Position numbers and translations under genes: made by a program | Part shown: positions 10,622 through 22,504 of the stretch, piece by piece | Layout: every line of letters begins with the position of its first letter | Numbering within the stretch: the stretch's first letter is position 1 | Origin: TPA_inf: Saccharomyces | Lineage: Eukaryota | NCBI GenBank assembly: GCA_000146045.2 | Contig: BK006944.2 | Location: 352,001 to 416,000 of the forward strand | Length of the DNA stretch: 64,000 nt | Reading direction: 5' to 3' | Notes under the pieces: generated by a model | Databases searched by the model: none | What the model saw: the letters and a program-made list of their open reading frames with translations, nothing else | Told to the model about the DNA's origin: nothing

Positions 10622-12193
10622 ATGAGAGTATATCAGTTTTGCCGACCTTTCCAATTATTCACCTGCTTCTTATGCTACCTTCTAGTGTTCGTAAAAGCTA
10701 ACAAGGAAAAGATAAGTCAAAAGAATTATCAAGTATGCGCAGGTATGTATTCCAAAGAAGATTGGAAGGGCAAAATAGACCCGTTTATATCATTCAATCT
10801 TAAAAAAATAAGTGGATTGAGTGATGAGTCTGATCCAGGCTTAGTCGTTGCAATCTATGATTTCCAAGACTTTGAGCACTTAGGTGTGCAATTGCCGGAT
10901 GAAGAAATGTATTATATTTGTGATGATTATGCAATTGATATCGGGATTTGTGAAGAGGAGAATCGTGATGAGTTTATTGTTCAAGATGTTGTATATGATC
11001 CATATACTTCCACAAATAGATCTTTGGCCAATCCAATCATGACGTTTTCTCAAAATGAGGTCGGCCTTCATGATACTAGATACCCAATAAAAGAAACCGG
11101 ATTTTATTGTGTTACTGCGTTCAGATCATCGACGTCTACCAAGTTCAACGCTGTGGTGAATTTCAGGAATGCTTATGGTCAGCTTGCGGGCACCGAGATC
11201 AACAAATTGCCACTATATGGTCTTTTGGCGGTCGCATACGTTGTGGCGATGGCGTTATATTCCTTCGCCTTCTGGAAGCACAAGCATGAATTGTTACCAT
11301 TACAAAAGTATTTGCTGGCCTTTTTTGTATTTTTAACCGCAGAAACCATATTTGTATGGGCTTACTATGATTTGAAAAATGAAAAAGGTGATACTGCGGG
11401 AATAAAAGTTTATATGGTGTTCTTGTCGATATTGACGGCTGGTAAAGTTACATTTTCATTTTTCCTATTATTGATTATCGCTTTGGGCTACGGTATCGTG
11501 TACCCTAAGTTGAATAAAACGTTGATGAGGCGTTGCCAAATGTATGGTGCGTTAACTTATGCAATTTGCATTGGATTTTTGATCCAAAGTTATTTGACCG
11601 ACATGGAGGCACCATCTCCACTAATCTTGATCACCTTGATTCCTATGGCGCTTGCATTAATCATATTTTACTACATGATTATTAGATCCATGACAAAAAC
11701 AGTTATCTATTTGAAAGAGCAAAGGCAGATCGTAAAATTGAACATGTACAAGAAGCTACTATACATCATTTATGCGTCCTTTTTGAGTGTACTAGCTGGT
11801 AGTATAGTTTCGTCATTTATTTACGTTGGCATGAACACTATTGATATGATTGAGAAGAACTGGAGGTCAAGGTTCTTCGTTACTGATTTCTGGCCTACGT
11901 TAGTGTATTTCATTGTTTTCGTTACCATCGCGTTCTTATGGAGACCAACAGATACTTCATACATGCTAGCCGCATCCCAACAACTACCCACAGACCCAGA
12001 AAATGTCGCGGACTTTGACTTGGGCGATTTGCAATCGTTTGACGATCAAGATGACGCAAGTATCATCACTGGTGAGCGTGGCATAGACGAGGATGACCTC
12101 AATTTGAATTTTACTGATGATGAAGAAGGACACGATAATGTAAATAACCATAGCCAAGGCCACGGGCCAGTGTCTCCCTCTCCAACAAAATAA
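10622..12193 (+). CDS. PTM1: Multi-pass membrane protein with signal peptide (lung 7TM receptor/Ptm1 family, 523 aa)
   Basis: N-terminal signal peptide, about 7 hydrophobic segments and an acidic C-terminal tail. Recognised as Ptm1. Confidence 0.88.
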
Positions 12194-13604
12194 CGCTACC
12201 TCCAGCAGATTTGATTAGGTGATGAGACAAATAGTTTCTTCGAGGGCAGTCACGAAATGTTTACAAGCGAAAAGAAAGAAATTATGAACCATATGCACTT
12301 CTGTTCAATGCGATGTGAATATGAATATGAATATAAATATGAATATAAATAAATAAATAAATAAATGCGTTGCACGTTTCTTTTCATTTATTTGTGCGTG
12401 CTTTTACCTGTTTATAACTGTAGTCACCAAAGCTATGCTATACTCTAGACCTAACTTTTTCGTTTTGTATTTATTTAGCCGCTCGCTGGAGTTTTTTTTT
12501 TTTCGGTGATAAGATGATTTATATCAAACCGAAACAAGCGAAAAGTTTCTGTTCATCGACTATAAAATGGAAGAGAAAATTGGTCCATAGACTTTTCATG
12601 TGTACTTGTTTATGAGAAGAGACGCAGGAAGACCAGAAGTGAGGAATTCCCTTTGTTCAAGGATGAACAACGAAGCCAGATAACGTAAGGTTGCGCGCTG
12701 CATCAGTGCTAACCTTATTAGCTTTCTCTGGCTTTTTCGGTCTTTCCTATGTAACATAACATGTATATTCTATTTGTTTATGATGAGACCACGTCCTTAG
12801 TGACAATGCTATAAACCCAGCTCTTCGATTCGTTTTTAATGAAAGGGAGAAGATTTTTTTGTCAAACGCTCTGAGTAATAGAATATACATGCGACAACAT
12901 TTGTAGTTACTTGTCTTACGCTTCCTAGGGAACGGATCATCCGAGTAGAATATCATTTTACGGGATCACTTTATTCGGTGTGATTGCTCGTTAAGCCGCA
13001 CGACCATTTTATGGGCACGCTTCCGCAAGTTGGTTCTTTCATCAGAAGCTTTACCACGATTGGCAAGTCATGTAGCATGTGCGCTAACATCGTTTATCGT
13101 TTTCTGTGACGTGGCTTATGAGCACCAGAGACGAATAATCAACAGTACATCAAACAAAAGCTACGTCACCTCACCAATAATCCGAGCTTCTTGAAATGGC
13201 AGGTATTGGATTCATAAAATATGTCGCTGCTTTGTGCATTTTCCTTTAGTTTTTTCCTTTTTTTTCATGTAGCTAACTAAGCAAGACGATTATGGGAAGG
13301 GACCTTTTAAGGAAAAACAGGAAAAAAAAATAGTAGCAACTAGTAAAAATTCAAAAAATAAAAAAAGTCAAAATAAGAACACATCAGTTAGGAACCGTGC
13401 TTGGAGTTTTGAGACTGGAGTATTGTCCATCCAACATATTCTGCTCTTTCACCATAGACTTCGTTGGAAATCGCCTCTCCCTTGTACTATATTGTGCAGA
13501 ACCGTTCCCGCAATTTTCATTGGTGCAATAATAACACGCTTCTTCGATTCTCACATTTGTCAAGAAGCTGTACTCTTCTCTCAAACTCCAATATATTTCA
13601 AATT

Positions 13605-16600
13605 ATGAACGAGCTGAACACTGTTTCGACTAACTCCAGTGACTCCACCAAGAACGGTGGTACATCCAATAGTCCCGACGATATGGACTCCGCAGCAGCA
13701 GCAAGTCACGCAATAAAGAAAAGAACAAAGGCCTCCCGGGCCTGCGATCAGTGTCGTAAAAAGAAGATTAAATGTGACTACAAAGATGAAAAGGGGGTCT
13801 GCTCAAACTGCCAAAGGAATGGAGACCGTTGTAGTTTTGATAGGGTTCCTTTGAAAAGGGGACCCTCGAAAGGCTATACGAGGAGCACCAGCCATCCAAG
13901 GACTAACGAAATACAAGACCACAATAACTCAAGGTCGTATAATACGTTTGATAATAGTAACAATACCCTGAATAATAATACGGGCAATAGCGGCGACAAC
14001 GGTATAAACAGTAACACAGTTCCAAGTACCCCTTCGAGATCTAATTCAGTTTTATTGCCCCCACTGACACAGTACATTCCCCAGGCTGGTGGCATTCCTC
14101 CTAGTTTCCAAAATCCAGCGATACAATCAACTATGCCCGCGGGTAATATTGGCCAACAGCAGTTTTGGAAAGTGCCCTACCATGAGTTTCAACACCAAAG
14201 AAAAGGATCTATCGATTCTTTGCAAAGTGATATATCGGTAAGAACATTAAATCCCAACGAGCAGTTGTCTTATAACACCGTTCAACAGTCTCCCATAACG
14301 AATAAACATACTAATGATTCTGGAAATGCAAACGGAAGTGTCACCGGCTCAGGCAGTGCCTCTGGTAGTGGTGGTTATTGGTCCTTTATAAGAACTTCTG
14401 GTTTACTAGCTCCTACTGATGATCATAATGGGGAACAGACAAGAAGATCAAGTTCCATACCTTCTTTGCTACGAAATACTTCAAATTCTCTTTTACTAGG
14501 TGGCCAGCCTCAGCTTCCCCCACCTCAGCAACAATCGCAGCCACAAGCACACCAACAAAAGTTGCAACAAGGACAGAACCTATACTCGTATTCTCAATTT
14601 TCCCAGCAGCAACCGTACAACCCATCGATATCATCTTTTGGCCAGTTCGCTGCTAATGGTTTTCATTCTAGACAAGGATCAGTCGCCAGCGAGGCTATGT
14701 CTCCCAGTGCACCTGCCATGTTTACTAGCACATCTACAAACCCCGTAAATGTTGCACAGCAAACACAAAGACCTCAAGGACAGCAGGTACCGCAATTTTC
14801 ATCTGAGTTGGATGGAAATAAAAGGCGACAATCAGCCCCCGTATCAGTAACATTATCCACGGACAGGCTGAATGGTAATGAGAATAATAATGGTGAAATT
14901 AACAACAATAATGGCAGCAATAATAGCGGTTCTTCTAAGGATACATCTCAACATTCCCAAGAATCTGTAACTACACCAGCGGCTTTGGAAGCATCCAGCC
15001 CTGGATCAACGCCACAGAGAAGTACAAAAAAACGCAGAAAAAGTTACGTATCTAAGAAGACAAAACCAAAGAGAGATTCATCTATATCTATAACATCGAA
15101 AGATTCTGCTCACCCAATGACCACTTCATCAACTATCGCGTATGGACAGATATCCGATGTAGATCTAATAGACACCTACTATGAGTTCATACATGTAGGA
15201 TTTCCGATCATACCTTTAAACAAAACGACCTTGACCAGTGACTTATTGTTAGTTAACACACAGCCAATTTCCAATATACACGAAGTCAATTCATATGTTA
15301 TTTTGTGGTTTAGAAATTCATTGGAATTGTTAGTTCGTGTTGCTCTGAAACAAAAGCCAGGTGGCAAGTTTTTCGATAATATTGTTGGCGTGGCTTTGTC
15401 GCCAAGTAATGACAACAACAAAGCTGGGTTCACTACAGCCACGGCAAGGGATGATGCTGAAAAAACAAGACGTGATTCACATAATGAAGTACAGGATACT
15501 TTGGAAGTGCAAAGCGTTTTTATTGCCGCCCTCAATGAATGTTTCCAAAAAATCGTGGATATTCATCCCAAATTCAGAGAAAACAACGACCAAATTTCGC
15601 CGAAGATCAAAGTCATTTATTTATCTACTTTTATTCTTTTAAATTACATTTTGGCATTTGTTGGATACGATAACTCATTTGTACTTGGAATGTCGGTGAC
15701 AATTTTTAACGAATTTAAATTATACAAACTTCTATTATTTCCGGAGCCGGATATAAATGATGTGAAGCCTCCAGTTGATGAAGAGGTCAGCACTGGTAAT
15801 GGGAATACAAAAACGTCCGAATTTGAAATTGGATCTGAAAGTGCTGGGCATATGAATCCATCCAATTCACCAAATTCCATGGACGAAAACATTAGTCACT
15901 ATTCAGTGTTGTTTAAAAGATTATACGTTTTGCTTTCAGTGTTTGATTCTTTACAAAGCTGTGCATTCGGTGGTCCCAAGCTATTAAACATTTCCATCCA
16001 AGGTTCTACAGAAAGATTTTTTTCTAATGATTTGGGCTCAAAATGGTGCCTGGAACAAAGCCAATTGAGACTGAAAAGCGTCTTGCAAAGCTTGAAATTG
16101 GGTGAATTGATGAGTGAGCTTACCAGGAATAGAATATCAATGAACGGCAATAGGAAGCCTGGGTTCGATATTACGAACTCGTCTTCACTCTTATCGGAAT
16201 ATGTGGAAACTCAACCTCTATCCGTAGCACAGTTATTTTGCAAGCTATTAATTGGCAAACACAATTTCATCAATTGCTTATTATCATTATACGATTCAGA
16301 AGCAGGAGTCTATTCAGATTTGACATTGGATTTGAGTTCGAAAATAGCAGACTCTCTGTGCTCATTGATATCAATAATTTTGCAAGTATTGACGTTGATA
16401 TTAAGACTGAATCCTACGAACAGTATTGATTTTAATTATAGACCACCGAACCCACCCGCTAATAATCCGACAGTGCAAGAGGGCCCATCTGCTATGGGCT
16501 CGTCTCCAGTCGCTGGGAACCTTAGCGCTGCACCTCCATCGGAGGGGAATCCAGATTTTTACAAGAAATTACTAGGCCTGAAACAAGACACTGGCACTAT

Positions 16601-17117
16601 CCTTTCAGACCTTTGCCGGGGGATAATTTCCCCCTTTGCTATTGCTATCCTGCACGAGGTCTACAACATCACTGAACTGGTCAAGCAGATGCCTACATCA
16701 CTCATTAGCATTATGATGACGGCAACTACAACGCAGAATACTCAGGACACCAAGAAGTCGCAGGACCTGGTCATGAAGCTGTCAAACTCGATGAATGAAG
16801 TAGTTCAAATCACCAGCGTGCTGACAATGATCAAGCCATTCAAGATCTTCGAGCACGAGCTTAATAAGCCCATAATGTCCCTGACAGGAGGACTTTCGTC
16901 CACGACCAGAAACGACGTCATGTGGCCAAAGTCGGGCCAAGGCCTCCGCGAGTCATCAGTCATGAAGACATTGCTTGATGAACGCCGTACTTCTGGTACA
17001 CAACCGACAACGGCGCCAGTAGCCGCAGAGGAACCCAGGCTTGAGAACGTTGCCCTGGAAAATTTCGTTAGTATCGGCTGGAAGCTGTTGGACGATTCCG
17101 AGTTAGGCTGGTATTGA
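13605..17117 (+). CDS. RGT1: Zn2Cys6 glucose-responsive transcription factor Rgt1 (1170 aa). The ORF is open for 47 more codons upstream, to 13464.
   Basis: MNELNTVSTNSSDS... with the Zn cluster ACDQCRKKKIKCDYKDEKGVCSNCQRNGDRCSF and long Q/N/S-rich regions. Confidence 0.9.
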   Translation: MNELNTVSTNSSDSTKNGGTSNSPDDMDSAAAASHAIKKRTKASRACDQCRKKKIKCDYKDEKGVCSNCQRNGDRCSFDRVPLKRGPSKGYTRSTSHPRTNEIQDHNNSRSYNTFDNSNNTLNNNTGNSGDNGINSNTVPSTPSRSNSVLLPPLTQYIPQAGGIPPSFQNPAIQSTMPAGNIGQQQFWKVPYHEFQHQRKGSIDSLQSDISVRTLNPNEQLSYNTVQQSPITNKHTNDSGNANGSVTGSGSASGSGGYWSFIRTSGLLAPTDDHNGEQTRRSSSIPSLLRNTSNSLLLGGQPQLPPPQQQSQPQAHQQKLQQGQNLYSYSQFSQQQPYNPSISSFGQFAANGFHSRQGSVASEAMSPSAPAMFTSTSTNPVNVAQQTQRPQGQQVPQFSSELDGNKRRQSAPVSVTLSTDRLNGNENNNGEINNNNGSNNSGSSKDTSQHSQESVTTPAALEASSPGSTPQRSTKKRRKSYVSKKTKPKRDSSISITSKDSAHPMTTSSTIAYGQISDVDLIDTYYEFIHVGFPIIPLNKTTLTSDLLLVNTQPISNIHEVNSYVILWFRNSLELLVRVALKQKPGGKFFDNIVGVALSPSNDNNKAGFTTATARDDAEKTRRDSHNEVQDTLEVQSVFIAALNECFQKIVDIHPKFRENNDQISPKIKVIYLSTFILLNYILAFVGYDNSFVLGMSVTIFNEFKLYKLLLFPEPDINDVKPPVDEEVSTGNGNTKTSEFEIGSESAGHMNPSNSPNSMDENISHYSVLFKRLYVLLSVFDSLQSCAFGGPKLLNISIQGSTERFFSNDLGSKWCLEQSQLRLKSVLQSLKLGELMSELTRNRISMNGNRKPGFDITNSSSLLSEYVETQPLSVAQLFCKLLIGKHNFINCLLSLYDSEAGVYSDLTLDLSSKIADSLCSLISIILQVLTLILRLNPTNSIDFNYRPPNPPANNPTVQEGPSAMGSSPVAGNLSAAPPSEGNPDFYKKLLGLKQDTGTILSDLCRGIISPFAIAILHEVYNITELVKQMPTSLISIMMTATTTQNTQDTKKSQDLVMKLSNSMNEVVQITSVLTMIKPFKIFEHELNKPIMSLTGGLSSTTRNDVMWPKSGQGLRESSVMKTLLDERRTSGTQPTTAPVAAEEPRLENVALENFVSIGWKLLDDSELGWY

Positions 17118-17364
17118 CAGGTAACTATGCTCCCTTCTCCTGTAGGTCAGGTTCTCCCTTCTCCTCAGGCAGAAATTCGCGTAAAGAACTACCATGCAAT
17201 GAATGACCAATTTAAGTAAAACACATAAATAATACTTACTTACACATATACACACTAGCTGTTTTAACCTGTAACAATACTGCCTTGTCAGAGTGCGCAC
17301 GGCCTTTTACTCTGGTGCTCCACCATCTTCCACGGTATTCGAGAGTCGCCAAGCTCAGGGGCGC

Positions 17365-17721
17365 ATGCAGACAATGGGCGGGGAGCACCTTCTTCTTTCA
17401 CAGCTAAAGGGGTCTTTCTTTCTCCTACTTTTGGCATACTTTTTCAGGGGCAGAAGTCCTTATTACGCACGTTGCTACCGCCGGCTTGCTGTTACACCTG
17501 GTGCCATCACTATTGCCATTGCCATTGCTACAGATTCAATTCCGGCGCTTGCAAAGTCCAAAGTTCTGGTGTCGGTTTGTTCTCACACAGATCCCTGTAC
17601 AGCGTCTTGTAACCTGATCCCCTTCCCCCGCCCCTTCTCGAACAGCCTGACGCGCTTCCTCTTTTGTTTGGGCTCGGCCCGTTTTTGCATTTCCTTTCCC
17701 TGTTTTGGATTGAGTATATAA
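17365..17721 (+). CDS. AIM26: Small uncharacterized ORF (118 aa from an internal Met; the open frame extends to 17293), consistent with AIM26/YKL037W
   Basis: MQTMGGEHLLLSQLKGSFFLLLLAYFF... contains hydrophobic segments. It overlaps the UGP1 promoter (STREs lie inside it). Confidence 0.4.
   Translation: MQTMGGEHLLLSQLKGSFFLLLLAYFFRGRSPYYARCYRRLAVTPGAITIAIAIATDSIPALAKSKVLVSVCSHTDPCTASCNLIPFPRPFSNSLTRFLFCLGSARFCISFPCFGLSI
17629..17645. promoter_or_regulatory. Two STRE (CCCCT) elements about 250 bp upstream of UGP1, lying inside the AIM26 ORF
   Basis: gatccccttcccccgccccttctcg. CCCCT at 17629-17633 and 17641-17645. UGP1 is stress-inducible. Confidence 0.4.
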
Positions 17722-17890
17722 ATCTAAACAAACAACAAAGTTCTTCCAGCAGGTACCATGAGATTGAAGTTACGGTTTTAGGAGTTGGAGATTCAATTTC
17801 TGGTTCTTTCCACATCAGCAACGTTAAAAGGCCTAGTCCTCTTCCGATTATATAATATAACTTCCACAGCAAGTGTACCATAACATAATA

Positions 17891-19390
17891 ATGTCCACTA
17901 AGAAGCACACCAAAACACATTCCACTTATGCATTCGAGAGCAACACAAACAGCGTTGCTGCCTCACAAATGAGAAACGCCTTAAACAAGTTGGCGGACTC
18001 TAGTAAACTTGACGATGCTGCTCGCGCTAAGTTTGAGAACGAACTGGATTCGTTTTTCACGCTTTTCAGGAGATATTTGGTAGAGAAGTCTTCTAGAACC
18101 ACCTTGGAATGGGACAAGATCAAGTCTCCCAACCCGGATGAAGTGGTTAAGTATGAAATTATTTCTCAGCAGCCCGAGAATGTCTCAAACCTTTCCAAAT
18201 TGGCTGTTTTGAAGTTGAACGGTGGGCTGGGTACCTCCATGGGCTGCGTTGGCCCTAAATCTGTTATTGAAGTGAGAGAGGGAAACACCTTTTTGGATTT
18301 GTCTGTTCGTCAAATTGAATACTTGAACAGACAGTACGATAGCGACGTGCCATTGTTATTGATGAATTCTTTCAACACTGACAAGGATACGGAACACTTG
18401 ATTAAGAAGTATTCCGCTAACAGAATCAGAATCAGATCTTTCAATCAATCCAGGTTCCCAAGAGTCTACAAGGATTCTTTATTGCCTGTCCCCACCGAAT
18501 ACGATTCTCCACTGGATGCTTGGTATCCACCAGGTCACGGTGATTTGTTTGAATCTTTACACGTATCTGGTGAACTGGATGCCTTAATTGCCCAAGGAAG
18601 AGAAATATTATTTGTTTCTAACGGTGACAACTTGGGTGCTACCGTCGACTTAAAAATTTTAAACCACATGATCGAGACTGGTGCCGAATATATAATGGAA
18701 TTGACTGATAAGACCAGAGCCGATGTTAAAGGTGGTACTTTGATTTCTTACGATGGTCAAGTCCGTTTATTGGAAGTCGCCCAAGTTCCAAAAGAACACA
18801 TTGACGAATTCAAAAATATCAGAAAGTTTACCAACTTCAACACGAATAACTTATGGATCAATCTGAAAGCAGTAAAGAGGTTGATCGAATCGAGCAATTT
18901 GGAGATGGAAATCATTCCAAACCAAAAAACTATAACAAGAGACGGTCATGAAATTAATGTCTTACAATTAGAAACCGCTTGTGGTGCTGCTATCAGGCAT
19001 TTTGATGGTGCTCACGGTGTTGTCGTTCCAAGATCAAGATTCTTGCCTGTCAAGACCTGTTCCGATTTGTTGCTGGTTAAATCAGATCTATTCCGTCTGG
19101 AACACGGTTCTTTGAAGTTAGACCCATCCCGTTTTGGTCCAAACCCATTAATCAAGTTGGGCTCGCATTTCAAAAAGGTTTCTGGTTTTAACGCAAGAAT
19201 CCCTCACATCCCAAAAATCGTCGAGCTAGATCATTTGACCATCACTGGTAACGTCTTTTTAGGTAAAGATGTCACTTTGAGGGGTACTGTCATCATCGTT
19301 TGCTCCGACGGTCATAAAATCGATATTCCAAACGGCTCCATATTGGAAAATGTTGTCGTTACTGGTAATTTGCAAATCTTGGAACATTGA
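17891..19390 (+). CDS. UGP1: UDP-glucose pyrophosphorylase (UTP--glucose-1-phosphate uridylyltransferase, 499 aa)
   Basis: [17 protein letters not shown]... with the UDPGP family motif [16 protein letters not shown]. The ORF has a 6-codon in-frame extension upstream. Confidence 0.93.
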   Translation: MSTKKHTKTHSTYAFESNTNSVAASQMRNALNKLADSSKLDDAARAKFENELDSFFTLFRRYLVEKSSRTTLEWDKIKSPNPDEVVKYEIISQQPENVSNLSKLAVLKLNGGLGTSMGCVGPKSVIEVREGNTFLDLSVRQIEYLNRQYDSDVPLLLMNSFNTDKDTEHLIKKYSANRIRIRSFNQSRFPRVYKDSLLPVPTEYDSPLDAWYPPGHGDLFESLHVSGELDALIAQGREILFVSNGDNLGATVDLKILNHMIETGAEYIMELTDKTRADVKGGTLISYDGQVRLLEVAQVPKEHIDEFKNIRKFTNFNTNNLWINLKAVKRLIESSNLEMEIIPNQKTITRDGHEINVLQLETACGAAIRHFDGAHGVVVPRSRFLPVKTCSDLLLVKSDLFRLEHGSLKLDPSRFGPNPLIKLGSHFKKVSGFNARIPHIPKIVELDHLTITGNVFLGKDVTLRGTVIIVCSDGHKIDIPNGSILENVVVTGNLQILEH

Positions 19391-19828
19391 AGGTGCGGCT
19401 TGCAATCCCTTTTTTACTTTCAATTCTCCGTTAGGTTATTTATTCTACTACACGCAGTTTTTTTTTTTCAATGGGTTATATATCTCTAATATATACACAT
19501 TTATATGTTTAGACTTATACAGAAGCAAAAAAAAATGCAAAAGAAGCTTAGTGTTCATAATTCTTCACTCACGTCATGTTATATATTTGTTAAGCGTAGC
19601 TTCAGTATATATAGAGATTTTCCTTTGGCGGGGTAAGGGTCTGTGAACTTTAGGGAAATAGAATAAACGTAAGTTAAAGGTGACAAGCTCGGATCGTCAT
19701 CTTTCAATTATCACCCCAAAAGATATTGTAAAAAAGCAAGTTCAATCTCGTTTGTTACATTTGTCCCGTATTTCTACTAATTCAGGCAAAAAAGGAAAGT
19801 CCTACAGCAAAAGAGGCAAAAGTACAGT

Positions 19829-22105
19829 ATGGAAATCGATGGCAACACTCTGGTGTTCATAATAGTGATCCTTTTCCTATTTTTCTCCTCACCGGGTGGT
19901 GATGGTGTGTCTTCTCAATATGAGTTCAATCAACTCCAGAGACTCAAGCAGCAGTTCCGAACAGAGCACAATACGTTCGTCAATATGACATATACAGATA
20001 GTTTTCGAAATATTACCGGGCTTAAACTCAGCTACCAAGACATGCTGAATAATCCTCTCCAAAATGCCACTTACCCACTACCAGGAAAAGATTATGATCG
20101 ATGGTTTCCCAATCAAAACTACATGGTTTTGCCCAACGATGTCATAGAGGCCATAAATACTGAAGTCTGGAATACTTCGAATGATGACGCTTCCAACCTT
20201 TTCCCTCCCAATATTACAAGCACCCTGTTAGGTAAAATCGACCTTGTATCAAATAACAAGTACGAAAAGATAAGGATGCCTGTACCCAGATTCTATGAGC
20301 CGGCAACTGATTTTTCAGAGGATATTCCTCCTGAAGGTGAGACGTACTGGTCTGAGTGGCCTTCGTATGGCGAACTTCATAATGTGAGTTTTCAGCATGG
20401 CGAAATAGCTATTCAAATTTCTCATATGAGCAATCTTCAGGACAATAATAATTACTTAAGGAGAAATTTCATAAATAAGAAAAATGACCGTTGGAAGTTG
20501 TTAAATCTTCAGATTGATTTCTCAGATAAGGCTGAAAAGGAAAAGCATTCCATATACTCGAAGGCTGTATATGACATTCAACGTGGTAGAATTCTTTCTA
20601 TTTCTCAGAGTTCTAAATTTCATTCATTGTTCGCCCTTCCTCATTACATGTCCTTCCAGAATGATTATAATGAGAAAATATTTAATGATGTCAAGGAACT
20701 CGTTGATGAATTTTGGAATTTCACGGATTACACAGATGTCATGACCATGAAAGACGTACAGGATGCTTATAATAATGCCAACTTTAAATGTGAGTATTTG
20801 ATTTTTCTTCAGTTGGAACCATGGAATCAGTACACAAGAGATCAGATCAAGTTAATAGATGATGAATTGAATTGGCCCCTGGGGCGTCCGGCAAATCTGT
20901 CTAGTTTACCGCCCATAAATGTTGTCTCTGGATTACTGTATTCTCCAGACTGTGGCGTACGATTAGGGCTTCATAACGTAAAGGGTACACGGTACGAATT
21001 AAAAATAATGTCGATCAGAAAACATCTATTGTTCGGTATTGCATTATTTGCAGCCCAGATATACTTATTGCTTACTCAGATGCATCATACAAATACCCCC
21101 TCCATGGTCAACAAAATCTCATTCTATTGTTTCTCAATGATAAACTTAGTCGATGGTTCCTTGGCCACTTTGTACTTTGTCGCAGCTAGTGTCGTTCCCG
21201 AATTGTACTTACCCCTAGTTATAAGTGCTTTTTCGTGCTTTATCTTGGCATCTATTTTTGAAATACGCTACTTAATTTCAATTTACGCTTCACAGGTTAA
21301 CGAACAGAATGTTGGGATTATCAACCTCCTGCGTGGTAACACTGGCACATATGATGAGAATAGGCCAAGACCCGCATTCATTCCCGATGAAGGGTCTATC
21401 GGTGGCTCGTTATATGGTAGGTTTTTCTTTATGCTAATCATTTTCACGTTTTTAATATTGAGTTCAACTTCATGGCCCCGTCAGCTAAGGATGGTATTTG
21501 AGTATATCCTAATCTTCATATTAAACTCATATTGGATCCCTCAAATTTTCCGTAACGCCGTTAAAGGTATTCCTTCAAGAAGAGAAAGAGCAAGATCTAG
21601 CATTGGAGGAAATAGAAGTCAAAACAAAATGCCATTATTGTGGAGTTTTGTAATTGGTACAACAATAATTAGAAGCTTGCCCGTTGTGTATGTTTTCACT
21701 TACTCCTCTAATGTGTTCAGGCACCATAAAGATGTTCATTTCGTCGTATTTTTATCATTGTGGCTACTGTTTCAAATTAGTATACTGTATTCTCAAGATG
21801 TATTGGGATCGCGCTGGTTCTTGCCTAAGCACACAATACCTGATGGATATTCGTATTTCAAGCCCCTTTCAAACGAGTATATATCGGAGCATGGTGGTGG
21901 AACTGCTGAACATACCGTTGATTGCGCGATATGTATGTCTGATGTTCCAATTTACATAGAGGAAATTCCAGAAACTCATAAGGTGGATCAGCACTCTTAC
22001 ATGGTAACGCCTTGTAATCACGTATTTCATACTTCGTGTCTAGAAAACTGGATGAATTATAAGTTACAATGTCCTGTGTGTAGGTCACCATTACCTCCGT
22101 TGTAG
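19829..22105 (+). CDS. TUL1: Golgi-localized transmembrane RING-H2 ubiquitin ligase (758 aa)
   Basis: N-terminal signal/lumenal domain, multiple TM segments and a C-terminal RING CAICMSDVP...CNHVFHTSCLENWMNYKLQCPVCR. Confidence 0.92.
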   Translation: MEIDGNTLVFIIVILFLFFSSPGGDGVSSQYEFNQLQRLKQQFRTEHNTFVNMTYTDSFRNITGLKLSYQDMLNNPLQNATYPLPGKDYDRWFPNQNYMVLPNDVIEAINTEVWNTSNDDASNLFPPNITSTLLGKIDLVSNNKYEKIRMPVPRFYEPATDFSEDIPPEGETYWSEWPSYGELHNVSFQHGEIAIQISHMSNLQDNNNYLRRNFINKKNDRWKLLNLQIDFSDKAEKEKHSIYSKAVYDIQRGRILSISQSSKFHSLFALPHYMSFQNDYNEKIFNDVKELVDEFWNFTDYTDVMTMKDVQDAYNNANFKCEYLIFLQLEPWNQYTRDQIKLIDDELNWPLGRPANLSSLPPINVVSGLLYSPDCGVRLGLHNVKGTRYELKIMSIRKHLLFGIALFAAQIYLLLTQMHHTNTPSMVNKISFYCFSMINLVDGSLATLYFVAASVVPELYLPLVISAFSCFILASIFEIRYLISIYASQVNEQNVGIINLLRGNTGTYDENRPRPAFIPDEGSIGGSLYGRFFFMLIIFTFLILSSTSWPRQLRMVFEYILIFILNSYWIPQIFRNAVKGIPSRRERARSSIGGNRSQNKMPLLWSFVIGTTIIRSLPVVYVFTYSSNVFRHHKDVHFVVFLSLWLLFQISILYSQDVLGSRWFLPKHTIPDGYSYFKPLSNEYISEHGGGTAEHTVDCAICMSDVPIYIEEIPETHKVDQHSYMVTPCNHVFHTSCLENWMNYKLQCPVCRSPLPPL

Positions 22106-22504
22106 ATAGCATCTCTTGATCCTAAGAACTATATACTGTATTTGTATTCAAGATCCAAGATACCGTGACATTTCCTATTTGTCAACCATTGCAATAAGAA
22201 ATTTTACATGAATAGTGCATTAACTTTTTATTACCACTAAAGTAGTTTTGCTTAAATATACAATAGGCAAACTAGACTTAGGATAATTCACAAGGGTTTT
22301 TAGTGTTACCCTTTTTCCGTATGACACATTTTTCGAGGAATTAATTATTGGGAAAATATTGCCGATCAAGATCCATTGAGGTGAATCTAAATCGCTCCAA
22401 CTCCAAGTTGGGGAATCTTAAGACCGTCACTGCCTTCCAATTACACTGCTTTTGTTTCTTTGACAATAAGAACGCAAAAGTAAATTTCTTTTTTTTAACA
22501 AATT

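Noticed and set aside
17528-17920. 130-aa minus-strand ORF overlapping the UGP1 start and AIM26 (YKL036C-like)
   Set aside because: It is antisense to the start of a highly expressed conserved gene and overlaps another ORF. The composition is unremarkable and no motif is present. It is mentioned in the findings but not called as a feature.
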